Origin: Haliotis cracherodii
Taxonomy: Eukaryota
Length of the DNA stretch: 64,000 nucleotides
Reading direction: 5' to 3'
Assembly: GCF_022045235.1 (NCBI RefSeq)
Contig: NW_027266319.1
Location: 27,590,001 to 27,654,000, forward strand
This document shows, piece after piece, positions 25,453 to 39,018 of this stretch. Numbering within the stretch: position 1 is the first letter of the stretch; every line of letters begins with the position of its first letter. The notes under the pieces were generated by a model that was not told where the DNA came from, ran no database searches, and was given only the letters and a program-made list of their open reading frames with translations. Made by a program: the position numbers and the translations under genes.

Positions 25453-26329
25453 TCACCCCTAAACAAGAACCTACATTATTAGTAATAGGTTTAATGTGGC
25501 TGATAAAGTCTCGAATATGCAAAGGTTATACACACACCCCTAGTTGTTGTGGACTAGAACAAATGATGTAAGGGTAGAGAAGAACTCTGGCTATATTTTA
25601 TTGTCTCATGAAATATATTGCACTTTGACCACAACACATATATTTGGAGTTGTGATTCATTAATGCATCACTGTCACCAAACATTGTTACAAAGCATGAA
25701 GAGGTGCTGGCATCTTTACTGGTATCACTCTTCAAAGTTTGAAGCAAGACTGAGAGTAATCGGCTTTTCATCTTTCTTTTAAAAGCCAAAAGAATATGAT
25801 TCATATGTTTCATTATTACTTCATGGTATGTTTCAGAAAGAACGAAGCCACAAAGTCATTAATACTTCTCGCTGAAGTCCTAAAAAATGAAGTTCAAGGT
25901 CATCCAATCGTCCACAAACACGCCCCACGGTCCCTGAATTTAAGTCCACTTCCAAATGGGTAACCGGGTGCCCGCAAGTCTCGTACACATAGGTCAAGTT
26001 ACCGTAAACATGTAATAGACATGTGAAACATCGTATGTAAATCATATGACGCCTACCGATTCTCTGGTTACATTGCACACCGTGTCTGGCCTTGCCCCCT
26101 GGTGAGGTGAATGTTTGTTTAAGGGGGTACGCTGACAACCCTACCCCCGAACACCCCCCCCCCCCTCCCCACCTCTCACCCACACACACACACAATACAC
26201 ACAACCCCCACACACCCAACGTCCACACGCACTCACACCATTATATATTATATAACACAGCAACCCGGTCTGCTGTATGTTATATATGTTATTATTAATA
26301 TATGATATACTATACACTGGAGTAAAACA

Positions 26330-26790
26330 AGCAATATCTCTCAGTTGATTTTATGTCATCTTTTATTTTAAATAGAAAATATCTTACGTTAGTGATATTA
26401 TATCCAAAACATGAACTGTACTGGGTGTTAGTCAGCACTCAAAGAAAACTTCCACATGGATCTTTTTTTTAAAAATAAAATTTGATTCTTGATATTATTT
26501 GCATAATATACAACTGCTGATGGGTATCTTAGACATTTTATCTTTGAAAAATCAATATATTTGTTTTTGGGGGTACAGATTTACATTATTACAAACAGGG
26601 CAGGGATGTATCTTCATTTCTTACCCCAGTCTTCATTGAAGCAATATATCTGTATACAAAATTACCCTGCCACAGATTACTTTTTATAAACTGTTGCAGG
26701 AAAGAGTGATGATTAGGTTCATATAACAACCATTCTAAGTGGACATAATCAAATTTAACTACAGTTTTTTCAATTACATAAAATTCAAAA
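26330..26790 (+). repeat. Unclassified ~450-bp dispersed repeat, second copy at ~39700-40130
   Basis: Shared blocks AGTCAGCACTCAAAGAA, CTTACCCCAG.CTTCATTGAA and AAAATTACCCTGCCACAGATTAC in the same order. Confidence 0.75.
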
Positions 26791-27227
26791 TCGGTATACT
26801 ATCTGTTATAGACATGTTGAAAGTATGTATTATAGGTATTGACGTCTTACTTATACCCATGCATATGAAAGAAAACAATTGTTGTACAATAAGTATGACC
26901 GTAAAACCATATGTTGAATCAATATCAATCCGCGGTATCACGACGTTCAAAGAAATCATAATTAGAAATGAAGTATTTCACGACTGCTTCAAACGTTATT
27001 CGCGTGCATTTGTCATACTGCAGTTGTATCATATCACAATTAATCTGGAACCACACTTGTTCATATACATGATTATACCCTGAGAATATACTTAGTATAT
27101 ACTACAGCGTTGATGTGTTATTTAAAACAATTTTTATTTTAAAGTTAGCAATGGACTGACTAAGGCTATTTAGTCTATTTTTAGACGGTTTATACTTGAA
27201 TATTTTACAGGAGACCCTAACAATTAC

Positions 27228-27470
27228 CCCGTGAAGATCCGGGGTAGAATAGGTCTTCAGCAACCCGTGCTTGCCGTAAAAGGCACTACAAGTGATAGAG
27301 ATGACTAACGGGATCGGGTGGTCAGACTCGCTGACTTAGTTAATGAATGTCATCGTATCCCAGTTGATCGATACTCATTCACTGGATTGTCTGGTCCAGA
27401 CTCGATTATTTATATACCGCCGTCATACAGCTGGAATATTGCTGAGTGTGCATACAAACAAACGGACAGA
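27228..27470 (+). mobile_element. SINE-like repeat family C
   Basis: CCCGTGAAGATCCGGGGTAGAATAGGTCTTCAGCAACCC head plus family core. Confidence 0.87.
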
Positions 27471-28058
27471 CAAAAAAAGTATATATATTTATCAGTATGC
27501 TAGACAGACATCGACCCCTAGTGATCGCACTCGCTAATAACACAGGTTCCAGTCACGAAATATCATTTGACATTTTGACATATTTAATACTGATACTCAA
27601 ACACTACAAACTATAATAAGTAAAGGATTCATGATTATGCAAAATACGCCACGATGAAATATATCACTGTCTGTCCGAGGACGTGTTGGAGTTCCGTCAT
27701 TATTTGTGTTCATTACAGAAAACTAATATGTACAGACCTGTGAACAAATATTTACAGTAAACATTCCCCTTCCCACGTGGCGGCGATGGCATTACAGTGA
27801 TGGGAGCCGTACATTCTCTGATGCAATTCCAAATAATTCCAACTTACAACTCCACTCGTCATGTGACGTTGTTGTTAAAACATGCAGGCAAGTTCAATCA
27901 AAAGCATTACCGTGACCTTCCAGTGGATGCGATTTCAGCTAACTGTTGCATAACGCTTACTCAAGATGGGCCGCCCGTCGGTCCAGATGGCCTGCCCTGG
28001 TACCGCAACACGCTCACCCCTCCACGGGGGGTCAGGATGTTGGGGTCAGATTCTTGTG

Positions 28059-28100
28059 TATTTATAACTGGCTGACACTGATGGACAATCATATTCAGCT
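28059..28100 (+). promoter_or_regulatory. Putative TATA box + initiator of tropomyosin copy 1
   Basis: TATTTATAA at 28059-28067, then CATATTCAGCTT about 30 nt later. This parallels TATAAAA...CATATTCACTT upstream of copies 2 and 3. Confidence 0.45.
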
Positions 28101-28239
28101 TCTGCCTCCAACAGACAGGTCTATTGCAGCCTCAGTGATTTGTAGCATCGTTATCCTGTGTTGTTTGAGCGTTCTCGACAACTGTAAAACTTTTACTTAC
28201 TATCCCTAGTCTTAGGTTTTTAAAAACTTCCTAGTAGCC

Positions 28240-29094
28240 ATGGACGCCATCAAGAAGAAGATGCTCTCCATGAAGTCCGACAAGGACAACGCACTTGAAA
28301 AATCCGAGATGTTGGAACAGCAACTTAAAGACATTGAGGAACAGAAGGCTAAAGTTGAGGAGGACCTCCACGATCTCCAGAAGAAATTCTCCAATCTCGA
28401 GGTAGAATTTGACAACGTCAACGAGCAGCACCAGGAGGCAAATGCCAAGTTGGAGACATCTACCAAGAGAGTCACCGAGATGGAACAAGAGGTCAGTAGT
28501 ACGTCCTCCAGGGCTACCATGTTAGAGGAAGATCTGGAGAGGTGCGAGGAGAAACTGCAGACAGCCACTATCAAGCTGGAGGAGGCATCCAAGGCTCAGG
28601 ATGAGACGGAGAGGTCACGCAAAGTTCTGGAGAATAAGAGCAGTGCTGACGATGAGCGCATCGATCAGCTAGAAACTCAACTGAAGGACGCTAAGTATAT
28701 CGCCGAGGAAGCTGAAAGAAAGTATGACGAAACTGCCCGTAAGTTAGCCATGACAGATTCCGATCTGGAGCGAGCTGTCACCCGTTTTGAGGCTGCTGAA
28801 ACCAAATCCATTGAACTGGATGAAGAATTGAAGGTCGTTGGAAACAACATGAAGTCCCTTCAGATCAGCGAGCAGGAGGCTTGCCAAAGAGAGGAGACTT
28901 TCGAGGAGACCGTCAAAGACCTGACCCACAAGCTCAAGGAGTCGGAGCACCGCGCTGCGGAGGCTGAGAGGACAGTGTCCAAACTCCAGAAGGACATCGA
29001 CCGCCTGGACGATGAGCTACTTACAGAGAAGGAGAAGAACAAGGCCATCCATGACGAGTTGGACCAGACATTCGCCGAGCTCGCCGGATACTAA
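28240..29094 (+). CDS. Tropomyosin, intronless copy 1 (284 aa)
   Basis: Canonical 284-aa length, MDAIKKKM N-terminus, [22 protein letters not shown]-terminus, continuous heptad repeat, single uninterrupted ORF. Confidence 0.97.
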   Translation: MDAIKKKMLSMKSDKDNALEKSEMLEQQLKDIEEQKAKVEEDLHDLQKKFSNLEVEFDNVNEQHQEANAKLETSTKRVTEMEQEVSSTSSRATMLEEDLERCEEKLQTATIKLEEASKAQDETERSRKVLENKSSADDERIDQLETQLKDAKYIAEEAERKYDETARKLAMTDSDLERAVTRFEAAETKSIELDEELKVVGNNMKSLQISEQEACQREETFEETVKDLTHKLKESEHRAAEAERTVSKLQKDIDRLDDELLTEKEKNKAIHDELDQTFAELAGY

Positions 29095-29485
29095 CTGTGA
29101 ATGTGTACTACAGACAGGAAACATACCAGTGTTCTTCAAATCTCCAGTGGATATTTTCTAATGCTGTGACATTGATCTATAAGACCCTGTGCTCAAAAGG
29201 TTAACACTTTTTGTCTACTTTGTGTGATGCTTGTAATTGTCATCTCATGAGTCAGTGATGCCAGTGAAGACTTACTCGGATACAATGGATACCACTGGAG
29301 GCCTGGTTGAACACTCAAGTTTATACTTGAAACTTTGAATCTCACATGAACAATATTAAGCTTTCTTTGATTTTAAATGTACCCAACCACTGCTGAATGT
29401 TGTATATAGCCAAAATTGTATCAACTCATTACAACTATTTATTATTTATACAGTAAGTCTACAGACATTCAACTGTTCATTTGTG

Positions 29486-29491
29486 AATAAA
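29486..29491 (+). terminator. Polyadenylation signal AATAAA of tropomyosin copy 1
   Basis: About 390 nt after the stop. Conserved at the equivalent position in copy 3 (41955-41960, minus strand). Flank homology ends shortly afterwards. Confidence 0.65.
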
Positions 29492-31914
29492 ACCTGGAAG
29501 TCCATAATACAAGTTGTTCATATTTTAAATACGACCTGCCACCCAGTGTGACACCATTACTGTTCACAGCACCTTGTACACACACGTGGCTTTTGTAGTT
29601 TCCAGGAAGTACTAACGGAAATCAATTTCTCGTCAGTGAGTGCATATTGTCTGCCCTTGTCAGCAACTTTACTGCAATATACTGGATGTTATCCCCATCA
29701 GGTGAACCAGCGTGTAAGTTATTTCTTGGTAGGTAAATAAATTATTCATTGTTATATTTTAATTGCTGTTTTAAGAAATCATGTCAATGTTGCTGTTGTT
29801 TCTATTACTTAACTATACTACTTTATATCTTTCCTGAATACAAGTTTTTTAAATCTTATCTAGAAACAAACTGGTCACTATTTTATAGGAACACAGTTTT
29901 TAAGGAACACTCTTGTGGTCTAGAAACTTCACTTTGTGTTGTGGTTTGAGTAATTTAAAAAACATATTTAATATTTGACTTCAAAAACCAGGAACCACAA
30001 CATAAAGTATGTCATAACAGGGCATATCTACAAACTATATCTGTCTGACAAGCACGTGTGGACACATGTACGTGACTTCAGAACACCCGATTGTGATCAC
30101 AGTGCATTAGTATTCCAATGATTATTATTGAGATTATAACTGGGATGTTTCAATGCAGTTTATAAGAAAAATGGGGGCATGGAAATCTAAGTATAATGAA
30201 CATATAATATTACAGAGCGTACTTCCTGTTATCAACGACTTCAATGAAGGGAACGCCCACATTCATCTTCCCAGCCTGTTCAAGGGCTCAGTAGAGCTTT
30301 CAAAATGTGTTATAGTGGACATGGTGGGCGTTTCCAAATTTAAGGCTTCAGTGACAAAATGAAAAGTCTGATGCAATTCCTTAATATTTTAAATTTTACC
30401 AGGCTCCCTTGTTTTGCAGGTCAACAATTTACTTGCCTTTGCATGTTTTTTTGACGGGTGCCACCTGTGCGGCAGAATACGCTTATCTTTTCGCGAACAC
30501 AGGGGAACATCACTATTTGATAGTCATACAAAAAACATTTTTATGATATTGTCGGAATCATACAATGCAGATTTTTTCTGATTATGGAAAGGGTTTTGTC
30601 GCTGTCATTGAACATGTGGGTATTTATGCATTTCATGGCGCGCACGGAATATGCCTCCCTGCCAACGCTTAGAGTACCCACCTTCAATAGAAACACACAT
30701 AGAATTGAAAAAAGAGTATTCTTGTGATATAAAGTTATGCATTAGGTTAAAGATATATATAATCCAAATGAAGCCCAGAAAAAATGCTTAATTTGAGGGC
30801 TGAGCTGAGGCAATCTAGACTTGCCAAATCATTCTAGGTTCGAGTTGGATTCAATTTGTTCTCTTATGTCTGTGAGACAGACTAGAAGACCTATGACAAA
30901 CATGTTATGCATCTGTGAGTTTGGGGCGACAACTACTTGGCAACAGAGGACAACTGGAAGACCCCTTACATCCCTTATACCTGGTAGCAATGACCCACTA
31001 TACAAACCAACGGTACCTCTATTTCCAGAGATAAGTCACAGCATCTTACGTTTATCGGTGATAAATCCAAATACCACGAACCATTTGCGGCAATCCAGGA
31101 GTCTGAACAATGCTAGCATTACTCTTGAATCACACATGTAGGTGCCTATGTATAATGACACTGTGTGAATATTCCTACACGTGTAACAGGACTGGTTATT
31201 AAAGTGATGGTCCTCTGTAATCTTTGCTGCAACTGTTTGTCTGTGTTACAAAATCCGTTTTTTTGTTGTTCCTTCCAGTCTTCGTTTGTTACATAAGGGG
31301 CCGGCAATTTGGTATTCTGTACGGAATCAGCTACAGCTGCAAAACCAGATATTTCAGCTGACACTTTGAGTCTATATATTTCTTTTGAACAAAAAAACTT
31401 GCAACAATGTATTTTGTCAAGCATTTTCTTGGCCAATAATTTCGTCGATAAAATCCCAGATCCCCTCCCCCAGAATATCAAATGACCGGTCCCTAAGTAA
31501 GTGGGGGTGGGGGCAGGGGGTAGTAGCGGGTGGAAAGGGTGGGGGTGATGGTTTATAACCAGCAAACCAGTAGTAGTGCAACCCACACACGTGCTCTGCA
31601 GGGAAGACTGAAGCTTCCACTTGTGTCGTGCTAAATCATGAAGGGACATGAGAAGTAGTCCAAGTGGGTTGTAAACCAGCCGACTTCACCTACTTTAAGA
31701 ATACTCTTGATATTGTGGTGTAAACTATGTGTCTTGCCAAGGATAGCCCAATGTTGTATATCGAATAAACATAAAACGTCAACGACAGAGAATAACACAT
31801 CTCCATTAACTGCCGACTCAGTTCTCCGAAAATCAGTGAGGACACCAGGTCAGCCCTTTATGTACTGATTATTTATCCATAATGACATCTAAGATAGGTG
31901 TCTGGGAATGTGAG

Positions 31915-32094
31915 TATGTGTGTGCGCGTGCGTGCGTGCGTGCGTGCGTGTGTGCGTGCGTGCGTGCGTGCGTGCGTGCGTGTGTAAATAACGCATCAGT
32001 TGCAGTTTGGAATTCGTTTATTTGACTGATATGTTCTATGTAATGAACACTGACACACCACACATACACACACACACACACACGCACGCACACG

Positions 32095-32135
<41 letters not shown>

Positions 32136-32379
32136 ACGTAAAAGGCAAAATAGCGGTGAAAAGTATAATTATGAATTATATGAAAATTATAAGTATATTA
32201 TATAATTAATTTCCTTTAGGATCAAAATTATACATAATTTGAATTGAAATATCAGCAAGCATAAACCATTATGTATATACACACAAACAAAATTTAATTA
32301 AAGAATAACATTTTAAATGTATGTAAGTGGATATGTTCGTTAGTAGGAAAGGGAATGATATCTCAGTGTGAAATATGCA

Positions 32380-32447
<68 letters not shown>
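31915..32447. repeat. Microsatellite cluster: (GCGT)n, (CA)n, (CA)n
   Basis: Directly visible at ~31915-31985, 32055-32137 and 32378-32447. Confidence 0.95.
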
Positions 32448-32449
<2 letters not shown>

Positions 32450-34379
32450 GTCTGATTATTGACATTTTGATGCGTCCCTTTCTTTTTGACCCCAATATGC
32501 ATTGACACGGCACCAAGCTAAGCCAAGATAATTATTTGGTACAATGTAGTCTGTCATGTAGATCATGAAATAAATATATCCATACATCTGTAAAACATAT
32601 CTCAAAATTGTCGAAATGAGTTTACACAAATATGTCTGTCACCAACATCATAACAAAGGTTACTCGTGAAGAGCAAATTCCGAACATGAAATGCCTAGAT
32701 ATATCTATACCATCCATCTTCACGAGAAGGCAATAACATTACTACGTGTACAAGAATATATCAAGTCTGTTGTAAACATGCATAAGATGTTAGCGGGGGC
32801 GGGGTGGGGTGTTGAATGGGTGGGCGGGGAAGTAGGAGGGAGAGGTTCGAGTGGGGGCTGAAGTAAGACGATAAGTGAAGAAGACCCTCTACCCCCTGGA
32901 ATTTTCAGCTGCAGGTGGTATGCACATGTGTTTGTGGGTGATGCATTAAGGTAATGAATTCTTTACGGTTCAAGAGAATCGAGGATTTTGCTTACTCGCG
33001 GTAATGATTATTGCAGCACCGATTGCATAAGATGAGTTAGCTTCTCCTTGTTAATGCCCACATCTGACCGCCGCGTGGGGTGTTGTACGACCGGCGTGCG
33101 GGGTGTTGTATGACCCGCCGTGTTTGCAGGGTGGTGCGCAGCATCAGTGTCAATCCACAATCATAAACTTCAGATTTATGTGTTGGTGATGGGCGTGTTA
33201 GTCGTGCATGGATACTGATTGGCAAAGAGATGCATGTGTTTATTGCCATTGGTTTAGGCAATCTAGATTCCTAAGAATGTTTAAAGAAATGTGCAGTCTT
33301 GCAGTCCCTGAACCATAATATTTACTGTAGTGCCACAGCCCCAAATGAAGCAAGCCTAGATATTTGTCCACAGGTTCAGATATCTCCCATCTCACTGGGG
33401 CTCCTTTTCAATTTGAATGTAGTTGGTTGTTTCTATCAAAATTATATTTTTTCAGTGACTAAGCGTTTGTCTATTCACATTATATCAACATGCATTTATC
33501 ATCTTTCTTCATCGAAATACGTTCTAGATCCGTAAAGATCTACCTCAATATATGTATATGCAATAACGTCATTTAGTACATCCGGATCCTACACGAGTAG
33601 TCATAAAAAAGACAGCAACGCCATCCAGATAACTAATAACGTTAACTTAGACAAATAAAATCGACAAAACCCTTTCCATATACATAAAATAATCTCTGCA
33701 AAAAGCAGAGTTGATTGTACGATTCCGACTATATCACGAGCATGCGTTATGAATCATCATCAAGCAGTGATGATACCACCCTTCCAAAGTAAAACACATG
33801 CTTAAACAACACAAATGGCAAGCCTGGTATTGAAAATACCCCTGTCAAATACACCACAGCAAAGGGCAACATCGTCACAAACGAAACATATGAAACAAAA
33901 TGGTTTATTTCAAAAATTATACTTCAGCACATCGGTCAGATCATTAAAAGTTGCTACGTACATGGTTGAAAGAGCGGTAGTGATGTTTCACATACAGTCA
34001 CGTTAGCTTTGACAATATATCAACACAAGTACTTCATGTATGGTGGCAGCATATGGAGAGTAGTCACTGACATCCCTCGGAGTCAGTAACGAGCACATAT
34101 TGTCCTGGTAGAAACGCCGCTCGGAGCATAGCCTTATGTCACCTGTTGACAAGCACTATTGTAAAGCACATTGTTAGTTCAACCATTTGGGGTTTATGTG
34201 TGTATAGTTGGCAAATGGAAATTGAAATAAATATAAGCATAAATTAACATAAATAAGTGACAAATTTCCTATTCACCGTTATGTCCAAATCTAGTATCCG
34301 ACGAGTACCAGTACAGAAAATATTCATTAGAGGTGTGTAGAACACTGACATCTTTCATGGATGGAATACACATTCACAG

Positions 34380-35234
34380 TTAGTATCCGGCGAGCTCGGC
34401 GAATGTCTGGTCCAACTCGTCATGGATGGCCTTGTTCTTCTCCTTCTCTGTAAGTAGCTCATCGTCCAGACGGTCGATGTCCTTCTGGAGTTTGGACACT
34501 GTCCTCTCAGCCTCCGCAGCGCGGTGCTCCGACTCCTTGAGCTTGTGGGTCAGGTCTTTGACGGTCTCCTCGAAAGTCTCCTCTCTTTGGCAAGCTTCCT
34601 GCTCGCTGATCTGAAGGGATTTCATATTGTTTCCAACGACCTTCAATTCTTCATCCAGTTCAATGGATTTGGTTTCAGCAGCCTCAAAACGGGTGACAGC
34701 TCGCTCCAGATCGGAATCTGTCATGGCTAACTTACGGGCAGTTTCGTCATACTTTCTTTCAGCTTCCTCGGCGATATACTTAGCGTCCTTCAGTTGAGTT
34801 TCTAGCTGATCGATGCGCTCATCGTCAGCACTGCTCTTATTCTCCAGAACTTTGCGTGACCTCTCCGTCTCATCCTGAGCCTTGGATGCCTCCTCCAGCT
34901 TGATAGTGGCTGTCTGCAGTTTCTCCTCGCACCTCTCCAGATCTTCCTCCAACATAGTAGCCCTGGAGGACGTACTACTGACCTCTTGTTCCATCTCGGT
35001 GACTCTCTTGGTAGACGTCTCCAACTTGGCATTTGCCTCCTGGTGCTGCTCGTTGACGTTGTCAAATTCTACCTCGAGATTGGAGAATTTCTTCTGGAGA
35101 TCGTGGAGGTCCTCCTCAACCTTAGCCTTCTGTTCCTCAATGTCTTTAAGTTGCTGTTCAAACATCTCGGATTTTTCAAGTGCATTGTCCTTGTCGGACT
35201 TCATGGAGAGCATCTTCTTCTTGATGGCGTCCAT
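34380..35234 (-). CDS. Tropomyosin, intronless copy 2 (284 aa)
   Basis: Intact ORF that differs from copy 1 by one amino acid (L25F). Confidence 0.97.
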   Translation of the reverse strand: MDAIKKKMLSMKSDKDNALEKSEMFEQQLKDIEEQKAKVEEDLHDLQKKFSNLEVEFDNVNEQHQEANAKLETSTKRVTEMEQEVSSTSSRATMLEEDLERCEEKLQTATIKLEEASKAQDETERSRKVLENKSSADDERIDQLETQLKDAKYIAEEAERKYDETARKLAMTDSDLERAVTRFEAAETKSIELDEELKVVGNNMKSLQISEQEACQREETFEETVKDLTHKLKESEHRAAEAERTVSKLQKDIDRLDDELLTEKEKNKAIHDELDQTFAELAGY

Positions 35235-35344
35235 GGTTACTTGGTTGGTGGTGAGTCGTAAAACTAAACGGAAAGTACTTTATACTACAAAGTTGTAGAG
35301 ATAATCTCAAGGAGCAGACTGTTGGTTGTTGACGGCGGAAGGCG

Positions 35345-35540
35345 AAAAGTGAATATGCCCTCTCGTTCAATATCGGTCTGTTTTATACCACTGACTTACC
35401 CCCATGTGGTATTATAGACAGGGGTGGTAACCGCCATCTTTGAAACGACCCCCTGCCACGGCGCCAGTGTACCTCTCCCTGTACCGGCGGGGGGTGCATC
35501 TGTTTGAGCATGTGCTCTGCCCGTGTACATCGTCTTATGT
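35345..35540 (-). promoter_or_regulatory. Putative promoter of tropomyosin copy 2 (TATAAAA 35381-35387, YY1-like AAGATGGCGG, E-box CAGATG)
   Basis: Block strongly conserved with 43348-43540 upstream of copy 3. Confidence 0.55.
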
Positions 35541-35544
35541 CAGA

Positions 35545-38170
35545 AGGTATTTTGATGTAAATAATTAAATACTCAAAACTTGGCCACATAATCCTTGGAG
35601 GGGATATCAGTGTCCTCTCAGTATCTGATGATGGATGCATAGATAATAGTAATATTATCCACTTGCCTGATTTTCCTACTGACATAGGGTCCATCATTCA
35701 AACACCAGTGGGCACTAAATAATTTGTTGAACACCAAATGACAGTGCTTCTTGTGAAGCACACATTGATGCCTTCTATGCCGGTATATTATCTCCATTAA
35801 TATAGTGTCAACAGAAGCAGACCTGTATATAAACTGCCTAAAACCCTTGGCATGATAAAGAGGTTTGAACATTATGAAATAAACTTTGGTTATCTAAAAA
35901 ATATAAAAGGTGCAGCCAGTACAAGGGATCTCTTAATCAGGATTTCTTAATCCAGAAAATAATGACCCCATTCAAAACTGTAATGCTATTTTAACTCCTC
36001 AATCAATGCTGAAAGGGTCGTGGAATGTGTTTGATAATTAAAAACAAATAAATCTAATTACAGAGGCATAGCTGCACGCAGTTGTATGGGAAGTTATTAG
36101 TTAGATTATTAATGGAAGAAATGCCAAACACATGGACAATAACTGTATGCATGACATTTCACAGTCTGGATTTAGAAAATGATATCGAGATCTCTGATAT
36201 CAGATTTGTACTCGGAACCCCAATTGTCTCAGCAAAATCGCTATGTTTTGTTAATTTAGAAAAGGCATTTGACACAATAGATAGATCACGTTTGCCTTCT
36301 AAACTTTTATCAGTTGGTGTTTCCAGGAAGGCAATTCATATTAAATATTCGCTTCATGCTGATATTTCATATAGAGTAAATACCAGTAAGGGAGTGTCAC
36401 AAACATTCCTATCTGATATTGGATGAGACAGGGATGTATCTTGTTTCCCACTCTTTTCAACATATTAATACACGATCTTCAGCAACACCTTAATTCTAAG
36501 CAAAATAGTGTAACTCTACATGATCTCAACATTGTCACTGCTTGCGGGTGAGTTTCTATTATTCGTAGACAGCCCACCCAATCTTGATACTCTTCGGGGG
36601 CACGGGTGGCTCAGTCGTCTAAGGCGCCGCGATTCGCTGTGCAGAGTTGAGGCCCTTGGGCATGCCAGAAACCTATGGTTGTGGGTTCGAATCCCGGTTC
36701 GCCCCGATTATGTTTCTAGGTTTGTCAGCACCATACCCGTGCTCGTGTGTTTCACCGAAGTAGTAAACGTCTGAGACCTGCATCACTTCGGCCTTTCCTC
36801 CCACATTAAGCTGACACGCCGTGATCTAACTGGAATACTGTTAAAAGCGGCGTTAAACCCAACTCACTCACTCAATCACTCACTCACTCTCAAAATAGTC
36901 ACTGCTTACGGGTGATTTTCTATTATTCGTAGACAGCCCACCCAATCTTGATACTCCTCGTGTCTTCTGCATTAATAAAAAATAAATGGAGATAAATATA
37001 AAGTTATTATAATTTGCATATTCAGTAATTTGAATGCAAAATATTAACGGTAAAACATTGTGTGATACAAATCATTATAATTATTTTGGAATAATGTTTG
37101 ATCTATCTGAAAGGTTCATCTGGAAAACGCTACATTATTGTTTAAAGAAGGATTGGGAGCATACCACGAACTCCAAACTACCATTTTCAATCAAGATATT
37201 CCAGTACATCAAGCATAAAAACTATTCAAATCATTAACAGAACCTATCATTTAATACCATTTGGGACATTAGTTCAATTCTATGAAACAGATTAACCTAT
37301 ATACTCGTGAAAAACTTAAACTTCTATTCTGCAAATTCAGTGTTTGGGGCCAGTAGAACTACACATAACTGGTCATGCAGAGCAGGGTAAGGTTAATATC
37401 CTCTTCTATATAGTACAATAGCTAAAATGGTAAATTTAACACCTCAAACAATATCATTCTCCGAAACGCTTTTGCTAAGAGTAAATCCCGAATCCTTAGA
37501 AGAATTGTTTATTTGCTGATGGACAAACGCTAAATTAAACACTCAGCATCAACGTCATTATCTGTAGTTGATACCATCCAACAGAAATTCCAAACCCTTA
37601 ATATACATTCTCTTTCAGATGCAGAATCTATGGCTACTGGCGCAGGAGAAAAATAAGAACATGTAGAATAGTAAAAAATGATATTAAGTTAAGACCTCTT
37701 TAAGAATATCTCAAGAAAATATCGTGTTAAGTTGATACTTAGTGACCATTAACTTAAAAGTGAGCTTGGTACACGCACAGCACCGCCTACACCAATCCAT
37801 CAAAGACTCAACTGCTCAAGTGCACATCAGTAGTAGATGATCTAATTCACTGTATAAAACATAGCCAAGATTGAATAGTATTATATAATATTATTAGCTA
37901 ACGAAGTTTCCAAAATAATATACTTACATGAAGATGGCCTGTTCCAACATGCCCTCAATCAATACAATTTGTTAACATGTTTATAATTTCAACCAATAAA
38001 TCCTAATACATCAACATAACCATCTGTAAAATATTTTGTTTTATTCTTGTGTTTTATAAACGCATATTTCATGAGTTTGTGTAAATGTAAATTGTAGCTG
38101 TTTACATTTGCATCTTTTATTTAAGAAATGTATTGCAATATAAATTACCTTATCGTAATTTATCTGAAGA
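35545..38170 (+). mobile_element. ~2.6-kb insertion containing a decayed non-LTR retrotransposon (RT fragment) and a nested SINE
   Basis: RT motifs CFVNLEKAFDTIDR and *RQGCILFPTLFNI at ~36240-36470. Absent from the homologous upstream region of copy 3, which joins the flanks directly (43530-43570). Confidence 0.75.
36596..36888 (+). mobile_element. SINE family A with a 73-bp flanking direct repeat
   Basis: Full-length element. Flanks 36524-36596 and 36888-36960 differ at 5 of 73 positions. Confidence 0.92.
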
Positions 38171-38838
38171 CGGAACTTTCTTACGGAGAAAGTATACATC
38201 AAACGTTGCGCCATTAATGGAGATTATCATAGAGCTATTAAGTAATTACCATCTCATCTTGTGAACATGCGAAGATAAGGTAGCATCTTGCGACATCTGG
38301 GTTACATGACTGTGCACTTTCACCTTCATGGTGGGGGGTGGGAGTGGGGGTGGGTCGTTGGGGAAGGGTTTGCGTGCACCCCCGTGTTTCACACTGAAAC
38401 GGGAGAAGCTTGCAATGTTAACACGTTTCATATGCATATATTCATCAGTAATCAGTTTAGGTTTTTGTATTCGTGGGGTTGTACATGTTTGAAGTACAAT
38501 AGATCTTCTTCCAACATTACAAAGAGCGCCATACAACTCTTGCTCAGAAGTTGTTTGATCAAGGTTACAACTATCATGGCCTCAGTAAACTAGATTTATG
38601 TCAGACATGTGGAGGACATTTCCATGCAATTCCCTATTTTGACTTGTACCATATGCTCCCGGTTGTTTTTAGGTGAACAATTGACTTGTCTTTGCATGTG
38701 TTTGTGGCGGGTGCCAATGTTGGGCAGCATGCGCTCACCTTTTCCCGAACACCTGGTATCATCATATTTGATAGCGATTCATAAACACATGCTAATGATA
38801 CAGTCGGAGTCATATAATCGAATATTTCTTATGACTAC

Positions 38839-39018
38839 GGTTCGCCCGATTATGTTTCTAGGTTTGTCAGCACCATACCCGTGCTCGTGGGTTTCACCGA
38901 AGTGGTAAACGTCTGAGACCTGCATCACTTCGGGCTTTCCTCGGACATTAAGCTGACACGCCGCCATATAACTGGAATACTGTTAAAAGCGGCGTTAAAC
39001 CCAACTCACTCACTCACT
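38839..39018 (+). mobile_element. SINE family A, 5'-truncated
   Basis: 3' half of family A; TSD TCTTATGACTA.GG. Confidence 0.9.

Noticed and set aside
25598-26228. Minus-strand ORFs of 71 and 131 aa
   Set aside because: No recognisable motif, partly microsatellite-derived, and interrupted by stops. They cannot be supported as a gene without a homology search.
28212-29048. Antisense and alternate-frame ORFs over the tropomyosin genes (also at 34426-35298 and 42460-43255)
   Set aside because: Shadow ORFs caused by the codon bias of the coiled-coil sense frame.
34380-35234. Copy 2 as an allelic haplotype or mis-assembly duplicate of copy 1
   Set aside because: Both flanks differ strongly from those of copy 1 and the differences are mostly synonymous, which fits a true paralog. 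Long reads are still needed for certainty.
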